64,000 nucleotides of DNA from a virus. Its lineage: Duplodnaviria; Heunggongvirae; Uroviricota; Caudoviricetes. The notes below the pieces were generated by a model, which saw only the letters and a list, made by a program, of their open reading frames with translations, had not been told where the DNA came from and ran no database searches. This document shows, piece by piece, positions 37,442 through 46,534 of this stretch (position 1 is its first letter; each line of letters opens with the position of its first letter). A program made the translations under genes and the position numbers. The stretch lies in IMG/VR virus record IMGVR_UViG_3300023297_000003; one strand, written 5' to 3'.

Positions 37442-38467
37442 TTACTGGATGGCCCGGAACTCGACACCTTCCGGGAGCTTGGACTCGTCCACGGTGACAG
37501 TGTAGTCGTCGAAGGACATCGGGGCCTCTACCCCGTCCTTTTTGACCACAGTCACGATGCGTCCGTTGTCCAGCAGCTTATGGGCCGGGGCGCACCCGAG
37601 CTTGGCCTGCTGTGCCCGCTCTTCGGGGTCGTCCGCCGTCCCGACGTGCTTGAAGATGTAGATGCCCCGACAGGTCATCAAACCCTTGCTGGAGGTCCGA
37701 TCATGGTCGTACATGTTTTCCAGACCCTCGATCATCAGGGCCAGATCCTCCGCCGAGAAGCCCGTCTGTTCCGCCACGAAAGCGCTCACCGTGATGTTGG
37801 CAGCGAAGAGACCGTAGGGGATGATCGCCTTGGTTCCCATCGTGCGGAGAGCCGCCGCCTCGGCCCCGTCCTCATACTCCTGCCACTGGGCGGAGGAGAA
37901 ACCCTGATCCTTGGGGGTCTTGACCTTCTTGGGATCAGGGGAGCCCTTGGTGTCGGTCATGCGGGTGATGGTGATCTCCTGGATGGATACCGGATCGAGG
38001 GACCGGGCACTCACCACCTGGACGGGTCCACGAATCTGGCCCGCCTTGGCACCTGTGTTGAGAACACCGCCGAAGGTGCGGACATCCCAATAGTCCTGGC
38101 ACATCCGGTCACCCGCCGCCCGCTCCTCCTGCTTGGTAGCCTTCGCCGGGACGGTCCCGTGGGAGTCCTCGTGGGCCTTGGCGATGAGCCTGTTGGTACA
38201 GGTGTTCATCATCAGCAAAATCTGGTACGGGGTCTTGCCTGCCTTGCGGAGACTCACGTAGTTGCGGAGACGCCGCTTGATGGCGACGTCGGTGACGAAC
38301 CCGTGTCCCGTGTCCGGGATGGTCCGGGGCAGGTTGCCGAAGTCGGGGTCACCGTTGGGATTCCCCATCAGACAATCGAACAGGAACAAGATCTCGAACC
38401 TGTATCCGATTGCCGCCGTCCCACTCTTCAGCCACATCAAAAGATCCTTCATGATACTTCTCCTCAC
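37442..38467 (-). CDS. cas7: Cas7 (Csd2, type I-C)
   Basis: FLFDCLMGNPNGDPDFGNLPR Csd2 signature; start may be M6 (38452). Confidence 0.8.
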   Translation of the reverse strand: MRRSIMKDLLMWLKSGTAAIGYRFEILFLFDCLMGNPNGDPDFGNLPRTIPDTGHGFVTDVAIKRRLRNYVSLRKAGKTPYQILLMMNTCTNRLIAKAHEDSHGTVPAKATKQEERAAGDRMCQDYWDVRTFGGVLNTGAKAGQIRGPVQVVSARSLDPVSIQEITITRMTDTKGSPDPKKVKTPKDQGFSSAQWQEYEDGAEAAALRTMGTKAIIPYGLFAANITVSAFVAEQTGFSAEDLALMIEGLENMYDHDRTSSKGLMTCRGIYIFKHVGTADDPEERAQQAKLGCAPAHKLLDNGRIVTVVKKDGVEAPMSFDDYTVTVDESKLPEGVEFRAIQ

Positions 38468-38512
38468 TTTATGCCTAATCCAACTCTAAGGCCCACCTTA
38501 GGCCATTAGAGA

Positions 38513-40345
38513 CTATGCCTTAATCGGGGGTGTCCCTGCGGGCTTGTCCTGCTTCTTCCAGGACGAGCGCTGGTGGAGCAACCCCATGGCAAACAAAGCT
38601 TGATCCTCGATGCCGAGGCGGGTCGGAAGGTCTGTGGGCAGGCGGTCGACGATCTCCTGCCGTTTGTGATCCGCCCATCCCTTTCCCTGTCGGACGAGCT
38701 TGTTGACGTGCTTCTCGGAACGGAGCAGTAACCGGGCCAGCGCACGGGCCGGGTTCTGCATCGTTGCGGACGAGAACTGAGCAGCCAGGGCCATCGGGGG
38801 GTTCCTCCCACCGATGGCGAGGCTCTGGAGTTCGGACAGGACGGACAACAACCGCCCACACTGGTACGCCACACTCGGGTGGTCCTTGTTCAATCCTGCT
38901 TCACACATGGTGTTCCCTCTCCTGTTGATGAAGGTTTTGAGGATTCCCGGCAATGCCGGAGCGATCCCCATGTTGGTTGACGGTTTGATGGACAGGTGCA
39001 ACTGTGACCGGAACTGCACCAGGGCCTTTTTGACAATGCTCATTGGGACCGACTGGCCCCGCAGGGCTACCTGAACGAGCATCTCACGCTCCAGTTCGGA
39101 AGCTTTGCCCCTTGGGCCGTTGACAGCGGAAAGGATCTGCCAGAGTGCAGAAAGGCGGGCGATCCCCGTGTCATTGCGGTTGTTGCTGATGGTCATATCC
39201 TGATACCATCGATAGATGTTCTTGAACAGGACGGACAGGGGTCCAGTCTCCCAGTGCCGGACAGCCAACCGGGGACCGTTGCTAGAAACGATGCCCAAGG
39301 TGCAGTCCATGTCTAGGACACCTCCCGGTCCGGTGCCCGTGTCCAGGTATTCCTTCACCTTCCGGGTGGCACCCCGGAGTTCCCCATCCGTCAATCCCGA
39401 GTTCAAGAGGTCGGACATAACGTCGGACAGGATCTGGGTCCACTCGCCCCCTTCAAGAACCGGCCCTTGGCCCGCCAGCAGTCCAGCCTTCCCCGTAAGG
39501 GTTTCTCCCCTGGAACAAGCCCACACAAGGATTCGAAGATCCCCAAAGGCCGTCCCGGCGTTTTGGGCGGCATGAACCAGAGCCTGGGTCATTGTGCTCG
39601 CCGTCTGGTCTGACATCGGAGCAACGAGGCCAGACTCCTGGCCATAGTGGTGACTGGAGGTCTGCTTGGCGGCAACCAGCTTCGTCTTCGTTGTGCCGAA
39701 GGCAATGCCGTCAGGATGGATGCGGCAGGGGTTCGTGATCTCGTCCCCGGTGACGACGCAGCGGAACGTCTTATCGCTGGTCTTCTTCTTTTTGTCCGCT
39801 CCTGAAAGGTAGGTCGCCCACCACTCCCGCCATTCCTTCTTGTCCTGGAACGGGATGCCGAGTTTCTTCCCCTCGGTCTGGAAGATCACAGCCCGCTTGA
39901 GGTCTGCCTCCATCTTCGTCAGAGCCTGAACCACAAGGGCGACCTGCTCGTCGTCCTCCAGGAAGGTCTGGATGGGGGTCAGGTACTTCCGAGTGCAGGG
40001 AACCTCCTTGATGACCGTTCTGATCTGCTCCAGGAAGAGGCCCCTCTTCACCTCGTTCTTGGTGTTGTCGTGCGGTTCGGCCACGAGGAGAGGGAACACC
40101 TGGGGGACATACCCGATGAAGAAGTGAGTCTTGGGGGGCGTGGCCCTGAGCAAATTGGAGGGCACCCGAGGTGTCAGGATCGGGGAGGCCGTCTTGGTGT
40201 CCCTGAGGTGACAGTCCTGGTACTTCCCGTCCGGGGTCAGGCACACTACGGTTTCCACGACGGTCAGGTACTCGTACCCCACCGGAGCCTGCTGGGGCAT
40301 ATAGTGTGCGGCATAGTTGAGGAGGCTCTGTCCGATACCACTCAT
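38513..40345 (-). CDS. cas8c: Cas8c (Csd1) large subunit
   Basis: 610 aa between cas5c and cas7, size and position typical of Csd1; no independent motif. Confidence 0.65.
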   Translation of the reverse strand: MSGIGQSLLNYAAHYMPQQAPVGYEYLTVVETVVCLTPDGKYQDCHLRDTKTASPILTPRVPSNLLRATPPKTHFFIGYVPQVFPLLVAEPHDNTKNEVKRGLFLEQIRTVIKEVPCTRKYLTPIQTFLEDDEQVALVVQALTKMEADLKRAVIFQTEGKKLGIPFQDKKEWREWWATYLSGADKKKKTSDKTFRCVVTGDEITNPCRIHPDGIAFGTTKTKLVAAKQTSSHHYGQESGLVAPMSDQTASTMTQALVHAAQNAGTAFGDLRILVWACSRGETLTGKAGLLAGQGPVLEGGEWTQILSDVMSDLLNSGLTDGELRGATRKVKEYLDTGTGPGGVLDMDCTLGIVSSNGPRLAVRHWETGPLSVLFKNIYRWYQDMTISNNRNDTGIARLSALWQILSAVNGPRGKASELEREMLVQVALRGQSVPMSIVKKALVQFRSQLHLSIKPSTNMGIAPALPGILKTFINRRGNTMCEAGLNKDHPSVAYQCGRLLSVLSELQSLAIGGRNPPMALAAQFSSATMQNPARALARLLLRSEKHVNKLVRQGKGWADHKRQEIVDRLPTDLPTRLGIEDQALFAMGLLHQRSSWKKQDKPAGTPPIKA

Positions 40346-41013
40346 GCTGCACCCCCTGGCCGGAACACGGCGGCACTATCAGTGAACTCCGGGTAGGCCA
40401 CGGCCCCATCCTTGATCTGTGCGTGGAACACGCTGACCGAAGGATCTCCATCGGGCACCAGCAGATTGAAGGTGTCGTAGACCATCACCCCCACGTCCAC
40501 CTGAAGGTCTGCGAGTCCCTGTGATGGATCATGCTCATCCACCGGGACAAGCTGGAAGTTGGCCATAAACTCCTTGCAACCTAAGAAGGGCTGGTGGAAA
40601 CATTGGCCCCTCTCCGCCCGACGACGGAATTGGGCGTCGATGGCGTTGGTGTTCCCATCAGGATTCCGGCAGACCGCCCGTGCGAAGATGCGGTACCGGG
40701 GGTCCAGGAGAGTCCTGGTGTGCTTTTGGGTCCGGTGCTTCTGGGTTGTAAGATCAACCTGAAGAGTGCGGCGGGTGACCTTGTCTTTCATCTCGTTCCG
40801 CATGATCCCCATGTACCGGATCGGGTTCACAACCTCTACCCCGACGATCTGCCAGTAGAAGTTGGCGGACCTTTTCCAGTAGATAGCGTCGAAGATCCCC
40901 CGACAGGCTGAGTGGGTTGGGATGGGGTAGGTGGTCCGCTCCGTCACCTCTGGGCGGGAGAAGCAGGCATTGTCCCCCCACACTTCCAACCCGTGCAGCA
41001 TACCTTTTTTCAT
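40342..41013 (-). CDS. cas5: Cas5c (Cas5d) pre-crRNA endonuclease subunit
   Basis: 223 aa, N-terminal GLEVWGDNACFSRPE resembles Cas5 glycine-rich region; position upstream of cas8c. Confidence 0.7.
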   Translation of the reverse strand: MKKGMLHGLEVWGDNACFSRPEVTERTTYPIPTHSACRGIFDAIYWKRSANFYWQIVGVEVVNPIRYMGIMRNEMKDKVTRRTLQVDLTTQKHRTQKHTRTLLDPRYRIFARAVCRNPDGNTNAIDAQFRRRAERGQCFHQPFLGCKEFMANFQLVPVDEHDPSQGLADLQVDVGVMVYDTFNLLVPDGDPSVSVFHAQIKDGAVAYPEFTDSAAVFRPGGAA

Positions 41014-41107
41014 CTGTCCCTCCGTCTGTTTATCCAGCCGAGTTTCTTCGGCGGCACTTCTTACTACTCAATGAAGTCGCAAAAGGAACCCCTGTCCGCA
41101 GACTTTT

Positions 41108-43486
41108 TCATTGCACCAGCCCAAGTTCCGGGTGGTAGGCTCTTGGGTCAGTGCAGATGTACCAGCCCGTTTCGGTGATGGAGCCGTCCTTCCTTTTCAG
41201 CGTGACGGGGTCAAGGCTGAGCCAGAGGGGGTGATCCTTCTTCAGTGACAGAACAGAGACCGATAGCAGGGCCGCTCGGTTCATCCACATCCGGAAGCTT
41301 TTCCGGGTGGGCCGCTCCTTGTTGAGTTTCCTGTACTGCTCCCCACACCCTCCTTCCAGGTAGGGAACGACGACCTGGACCCCTTTGTCGGGAATGACCC
41401 GGTAGCGTCGACTGACCTTCTCGAAGGAACCCTCCTGGTACGCCTCGATGATCTTTTTGGTGGCCGGGTGATCTAGCCCTGCTTCCCGATAGAGGGCCTC
41501 ATAGTACTGGGTCAAGATTTCCGGGTTCGTCGGGTCGAGACGTTGTCCGTAGCGCCGGAGGAACCGCTCCGTGATCCGGGCAGCAGCCTGGAACCACTCG
41601 TCATGCGGGAACATGTCCTTGTATTCAACGTCCGGGCGGAAAACGAAGATGTCCCCTAGTACCCGCAAGCCCTCCCGGTTTACCCGCCCAGCGGTTTGTG
41701 CCGTCCCATCCAACGGTCCCATGGCCGGGAAGCCCCTGTTGAAGTCGAAGTCCGTCCCTGAGTTCACACAAGGAGTAGCTGCCAGAACGAAGTAGTCCCC
41801 AACGGTCTTCAACCGACGAACCACCTCTTTGAGTAGCCCCTTCCGGTGGGCTGGACACAGGTTGGAAGTCAAATAGATAGCTCGATCCGCCCCCCACCGT
41901 GTCTGTATTTCCCTCCAGGCCGCTTCCGCATGGTCCTTCCTGTTGAGAAGCACGAGGTTTGACATCCTTTCCGAACACACCCGGTCAGCCAACTGCGCCC
42001 AGGTCCACCTCTCGTCGTCGTTGTGCGGCCAGTGAAACTTGTTGCGGACCATCGCCTTGGCCGAGGCTACGGGGGCGGAGGCAATCTCCTCGTAGGGCTG
42101 GAGCGGTTCCCCCACGAGTGTTTCTACCTGAGGCAGGATGCTCTGGAAGGCAGGCTGGGTGGCCGTGGCAGACACCACCGTGACCTGATACTGACGGCTG
42201 AGTCGGTCGAGCATTGCTATTGTGGGGAGCATAAGGTGGCTGGGCAAAGACTGGCCCTCATCAAAAATGATCACGCAGTCCTGGATGTTGTGGAGTTTCC
42301 GGCATCTCCCTGGCCGATTGGAAAACAAGGACTCCAATAGTTGAACGTTCGTGGTGAGGATGATTGGTGCATCCCAGTTTTCAGTGAGCCCTCGTCGGTC
42401 AATCTCATTTGATCTACCATCCTGTTGGAGATCCTCCTCTTCGACCCACTGCGTGGCGTCCGTGTGATGCTCCAACACAAAGTGGGGACCGAAGGCCCGG
42501 TCCTTGAAAAGCTCCTTCAGGGTTTTCGCCGTCTGTTGAATGATGCTTTTGTAGGGTACAGCGATGATCACCCGTTTAAGTTGGTGGGCCTGACAGTGCG
42601 CCAGGGCGAACGAGACCAGCGCTAGAGTTTTGCCTACACCGGTGGGGGCTGTACAGGTCAAAATGCGTCCTGGAGGCCCCTGGGCGGCTCTGAGGCAGTC
42701 CTGTCGTAGACGGTCCCGTTCCTGTTGCACCACAGGGGAAGCACCATCGCTGCGTTTGCTCTTGGCACTGAGGCCGTCGATGTATTTGTTCAAAACGTCA
42801 AGGGCGAGACCGGCGTCCAACGGGGGGTTGGGACAGGTGCGCCCTGGTTTGAAGTGCTCGGCGGTGTCCAGGAAGTCGGCGTCAACGAGCGCAGAAAAGG
42901 CCATTCGGACATCCAAGCCCTTGGCAATGGACAACTGCCAGCCTTTCACCAGTTCAGAAAAAGAAAAGAAGGTCTCATCATCATTTATATTGATTTCAGG
43001 AAGCTCGATGCCATCCTCACGTAGGGGAACCAACAAGTCTTTCGCTGGCCCCGGATAGACATGGAAGACACCGGGGTTAGGATGAGTCCCGCTACCCATC
43101 GGCTGTGCAGAGGGGCGTAGGACACACCCCAAATAGACGCGTGAGAAATCCGGCAGACCCCTATGGTGTCCGGCGATCAACAGGGAAGCGAGGAGGGATC
43201 CTCGGTCGTAAGCAACCCAGGCTCCAGGTGAGGAATGATCCAGCACCCCTCGGGCTACCCCGTTCAGTACATCAGGGAACAGGGGACTGTATTTGCCGAT
43301 GTCATGCCCCCGGCTGGCGAAAGAAACCTCTCTGACGTGCTGGGGTGGGAAGTGGGTGCCCAGGAAACGGAGAGTCAGCGCTTCAACCCCCAACAGATGT
43401 TCCACCATCGTTTGGACCTTGCCGGTTACTTTGCTGGCGCTGTGGGCTATTCGGTTCCAGTTGGGCATCTGTCCCCCCCTATACAC
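41108..43486 (-). CDS. cas3: Cas3 HD nuclease-helicase
   Basis: N-terminal HD (HDIGKYSP, HHRGLPDF), Walker A TCTAPTGVGKT, DExx IFDEGQ. Confidence 0.85.
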   Translation of the reverse strand: MYRGGQMPNWNRIAHSASKVTGKVQTMVEHLLGVEALTLRFLGTHFPPQHVREVSFASRGHDIGKYSPLFPDVLNGVARGVLDHSSPGAWVAYDRGSLLASLLIAGHHRGLPDFSRVYLGCVLRPSAQPMGSGTHPNPGVFHVYPGPAKDLLVPLREDGIELPEININDDETFFSFSELVKGWQLSIAKGLDVRMAFSALVDADFLDTAEHFKPGRTCPNPPLDAGLALDVLNKYIDGLSAKSKRSDGASPVVQQERDRLRQDCLRAAQGPPGRILTCTAPTGVGKTLALVSFALAHCQAHQLKRVIIAVPYKSIIQQTAKTLKELFKDRAFGPHFVLEHHTDATQWVEEEDLQQDGRSNEIDRRGLTENWDAPIILTTNVQLLESLFSNRPGRCRKLHNIQDCVIIFDEGQSLPSHLMLPTIAMLDRLSRQYQVTVVSATATQPAFQSILPQVETLVGEPLQPYEEIASAPVASAKAMVRNKFHWPHNDDERWTWAQLADRVCSERMSNLVLLNRKDHAEAAWREIQTRWGADRAIYLTSNLCPAHRKGLLKEVVRRLKTVGDYFVLAATPCVNSGTDFDFNRGFPAMGPLDGTAQTAGRVNREGLRVLGDIFVFRPDVEYKDMFPHDEWFQAAARITERFLRRYGQRLDPTNPEILTQYYEALYREAGLDHPATKKIIEAYQEGSFEKVSRRYRVIPDKGVQVVVPYLEGGCGEQYRKLNKERPTRKSFRMWMNRAALLSVSVLSLKKDHPLWLSLDPVTLKRKDGSITETGWYICTDPRAYHPELGLVQ

Positions 43487-43551
43487 ACAGCTACTCGGGG
43501 AAGACCGGCGATGATCAATTGGGGGACTGGGATCTCGTCAGATGTGTCGAG

Positions 43552-43905
43552 TTAGTCCGTGGTGGGTACTGGCGGCAGGACCGGAAGGTGGACAACATAG
43601 ACGTCCAGATGGGTCACGACGATGTAGGAGGGATCCTTCCTCGCCCTGTCCAAATCCTTCATCAGGGCCTCCAACTCGTCAGCGTCGGCTCCCTCCGCAG
43701 TAACCAGGGGGACCATCCCCTCCTGCTGTTCTACAGTCTGTAGGGTGACGTCGAAGTTGGTGACCACGATGTAGTCAGGATCCTGCGAGGCTTTGGCGAC
43801 CTCGTCCCGGAACGCCTGAACCTGTTCCGGCGTGTGGTCTGTTGCTGTGAGAATGTGAATATCCGGCATGGTCTTCCTCCTGTGTTTCTCTACCGTACCG
43901 AGCAA
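43552..43905 (-). CDS. hypothetical protein with internal tandem duplication
   Basis: DPDYIVVTNFDVTL / DPSYIVVTHLDVYV repeats; immediately upstream of cas3 on same strand. Confidence 0.45.
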   Translation of the reverse strand: MLGTVEKHRRKTMPDIHILTATDHTPEQVQAFRDEVAKASQDPDYIVVTNFDVTLQTVEQQEGMVPLVTAEGADADELEALMKDLDRARKDPSYIVVTHLDVYVVHLPVLPPVPTTD

Positions 43906-43907
43906 AA

Positions 43908-43936
43908 GGGATCATCTCGGAACCTCTCTGAGTAGA
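43908..43936 (+). promoter_or_regulatory. conserved promoter-like motif
   Basis: gggatcatct-N13-agtagac. Confidence 0.5.
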
Positions 43937-43938
43937 CA

Positions 43939-44101
43939 GTGTGTACCGACCGGCTAGAACAGCGGTCTGATAAACCGAAGATGTAGGTAGCCAGTCCTAC
44001 TACAAGGTCGTAGCTCGTGTTCGAGCGTGGCTCTGATAAAGCCAAGGTGTGGTTCAATTCCACCGACTGAGTGGTAGTTTAATAAGCTGGTCGGTACACA
44101 C
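43939..44101 (+). other. structured leader / candidate ncRNA: 13-bp perfect long-range inverted repeat enclosing five hairpins (tRNA-like anticodon and T arms)
   Basis: gtgtgtaccgacc at 43939-43951 and its exact complement at 44089-44101; two CUGAUAA loops; GGTTCAATTCC. Confidence 0.35.
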
Positions 44102-44191
44102 GACGGAGGTTCTCAATGACCGACAAATCGACCGTAACCGGACGTCTACTGGTTTTCAGGGAAAAGCACGGGGACCTGTACTATGATGCCA

Positions 44192-45700
44192 CTACGGACG
44201 AGATGGCTCAGGCTGCAATGATCCAGGTGGTGAACAGGCGGTTCGCTGATGGACACTGGTACCGTTCCTTAAAACCTGCTGGAATGTAACAGGCATCAAG
44301 TTTGAAGCTGTGCCGCTGCCAAATGACTCTGATCCAACGGTAGTAAGCCTCTGGCCCAACGGTAAGGGCTCGAATGACGGTTGCTCCTTCCGCCCGAATC
44401 CCAAGGAACTGGTCCGTTTAACACGGAATCGCTCTCTTAGCACTCGTTTTACACCTCTTGGATGATCGCCAGCTTTGATGTGTTCGTCTTCAGAACGTCT
44501 GAGCACACCAGAACTTCCCACCCAATCAGCGTGAGCCTTCCTACCGCACGAGCGGCAATGGAACCTTATTGAACTTCGGTTGCCTCGATGAATGTAACCG
44601 CAGGAGGGGCACTCCTGCGACGTATAAGCCGGGTTCACCTTCTCTGTTGGGGCTTTTCTCTCCAAGTTGGTCTGTAACGCCCTGTAAGCAAACCGCTTTT
44701 GGCCTCGGCAACCTCGAAGGTCGAGATCCTCGACCACGAACACTGTCTCAGGATGGCGGACGATAAGGGTGTTTACTACACGACCCGTTTCTGTCTTGAT
44801 CAACCCACTCAGCTTGCTTTCAAGGTGATCCAACTTTGGGCTGTTGTCCTTCAGGTCCTGTCGTTGGCGGTTTGCTCGGAGATTTCTGACACGAGCGTAG
44901 AGCTTGTCGAACTTAGGTTTGACGTGTTCACCATAGGTCACGCCATCTGAAGTAGCTGCAAGCACGTTCAAGCCCACATCCACACCCAACTTAGGCCAAT
45001 CTTCCTGTGCTTCAGGAATGGTCCACTCAGCCTTGCTAACTGCCTCAAAGCGCCAGAACCCCTTCTTGGTTTTACGGGCTGATATCCCCTTGTTAACCTG
45101 ATCAGCCTGCTGGATGTAAGGATTCCCAACAAGAGGCAACCAGACGGATTTCCGAGCTTCCAACGAGGACACCCTCAGCCAAAAACCCCCCAAAGGAGCT
45201 TTAGTTGTGTCTTCCAATCGAGCCGTCATTTCTGACAACCTCATGGGTAGGTTGTCCCTTACGATAGGCTTGTTGCCTCCGTAGGTGTCCAACAGGGTGT
45301 GATAAGCATCGAGATGGTCTTGGGTGATGAACTCCCATGGCTTGCTGATGGACTTCAACCCGATGACACAGAGTGCTTTGGCGTCCTGATCGGTGAGGGT
45401 ACCGTCATGCTTGAGATTGGTGATAGTCGGCTTTAATTTACGAGCGTAAGTAGCTTTGGCCCAAGCACTTACGATTTGAATTGCATGGTCTCGTGCGATC
45501 TTTTCGATTTGAGACGTAAGATCAGTAGCCCGTGGGAAGAACGTTTGTTTGGCGGCTTTCGGGAGGTTGAGGGTTTGCTGGTTGAGCATCGTCTGTACGC
45601 AGATACGGACGTACTTGACATATGCTTTGTGCAGGGCTTCCAACTTATCGATCTTAGATCGGTTGGTGTCCTTGTGAAGTCGGAAGATGCGACACTTCAT
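44192..45700 (-). CDS. tnpB: TnpB (second copy; 3' tail reads through right end)
   Basis: 502 aa, ~90% identical to 1676..3100 copy, intact RuvC and zinc finger. Confidence 0.85.
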   Translation of the reverse strand: MKCRIFRLHKDTNRSKIDKLEALHKAYVKYVRICVQTMLNQQTLNLPKAAKQTFFPRATDLTSQIEKIARDHAIQIVSAWAKATYARKLKPTITNLKHDGTLTDQDAKALCVIGLKSISKPWEFITQDHLDAYHTLLDTYGGNKPIVRDNLPMRLSEMTARLEDTTKAPLGGFWLRVSSLEARKSVWLPLVGNPYIQQADQVNKGISARKTKKGFWRFEAVSKAEWTIPEAQEDWPKLGVDVGLNVLAATSDGVTYGEHVKPKFDKLYARVRNLRANRQRQDLKDNSPKLDHLESKLSGLIKTETGRVVNTLIVRHPETVFVVEDLDLRGCRGQKRFAYRALQTNLERKAPTEKVNPAYTSQECPSCGYIHRGNRSSIRFHCRSCGRKAHADWVGSSGVLRRSEDEHIKAGDHPRGVKRVLRERFRVKRTSSLGFGRKEQPSFEPLPLGQRLTTVGSESFGSGTASNLMPVTFQQVLRNGTSVHQRTACSPPGSLQPEPSRP

Positions 45701-45775
45701 TTACTGACCTCTGCTTCTTGTTTCAAGCAGGAATAGTTAGATTTTAGCAACTAAATTGGGTACTGTCAAGGACCC
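44262..45775 (-). mobile_element. IS1341-type (tnpB-only) IS200/IS605-family element
   Basis: right end ccgttcc.. at 44262; left-end hairpin gggtactgtcaaggaccc 45758-45775; no tnpA. Confidence 0.75.
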
Positions 45776-46465
45776 CGACCCAGGGCCAGAGCCTTCGAGC
45801 CTTTCCGAGGAGACCCGTTCCGACCTCCAAACACGTTCTCTGGAATTCGCTGTGGACGCCCAGCACAACCCCTACCTAAGAGCACTGCAAAATGACAGGC
45901 AGTCCCTCAAGATTTGGGAGACCAGAAGGAAACATTTTGAACTGGCGCAGAAGGCGTCAGAAGGGGACGCTGAGGCTGCTCTGGAGTTGCTCACTACTCG
46001 TGGAAGTTACGAGTACGAGGGTTGGGACTATGAGCATGTCCAGTGCGCTGTTCCCTTTCCCTCTGAACCACTCGATGTGGCGCTAACAATAGTGGTGGAA
46101 GCTATAAGGTCAGCGGAAAAGCGGGCAATTCGGGCAAAGGCCACAGCAGACAGGGTACAGGAAAAGGATCGACAGGAAAAGGCCCTGAACAGGGCCTTAC
46201 AAGCAGACAACAAAGCCAAAGTGCTCCGAGGGATCCTGCGGGACATTTGTAGGGCCACGGCTCACGCTCTTCCGGAAAACGAAAAGGACTAGGTGATGGG
46301 AAAAACAGGGGACCGGAAAAAGGGGCCAAACCTTCAAAACATCCCTATCAGGACACCTGAGGGAAGGCGTATTCGTGATGCGTTCCGCCGTCCCCTTCCT
46401 CATGTGGACTATGCCACTCTTGAACGGCACCTCCTTGAAAGAGGGGTTGTGCCTTCTGACTTTCA

Positions 46466-46518
46466 GGGATCATCTCCCCGACCCACAGAGTAGACAAGGG
46501 TGAGGGGCAAATGACCCC
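46466..46518 (+). promoter_or_regulatory. conserved promoter-like motif + UTR stem-loop
   Basis: gggatcatct ccccgacccac agagtagacaagg gtgaggggcaaatgacccc. Confidence 0.5.
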
Positions 46519-46534
46519 GAAAAAGGAGCACCCA

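Larger units (their letters stand above)
44116..46292 (+). pseudogene. gene disrupted by IS1341-type insertion (N-terminal 49 codons upstream, 172 codons downstream of IS)
   Basis: GGAGG-ATG start at 44116; downstream ORF has no ATG; removing 44262..45775 fuses both in frame (..ADGHW-YDPGPEPSS..). Confidence 0.5.

Noticed and set aside
36365-37497. Several 60-146-aa ORFs (36365..36565, 36421..36759, 36605..36799, 37057..37497, and others)
   Set aside because: They run through the CRISPR array. Their repeated peptide segments are translations of the 36-bp repeat.
43960-44075. Possible tRNA-Ile (anticodon GAU), given a perfect anticodon stem-loop and a GGTTCAATTCC T-arm
   Set aside because: No acceptor stem can be paired: the 7 nt preceding the D-arm do not complement the 7 nt after the T-arm. 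The D-arm has a 4-nt loop and no CCA. It is treated as a structured leader instead.
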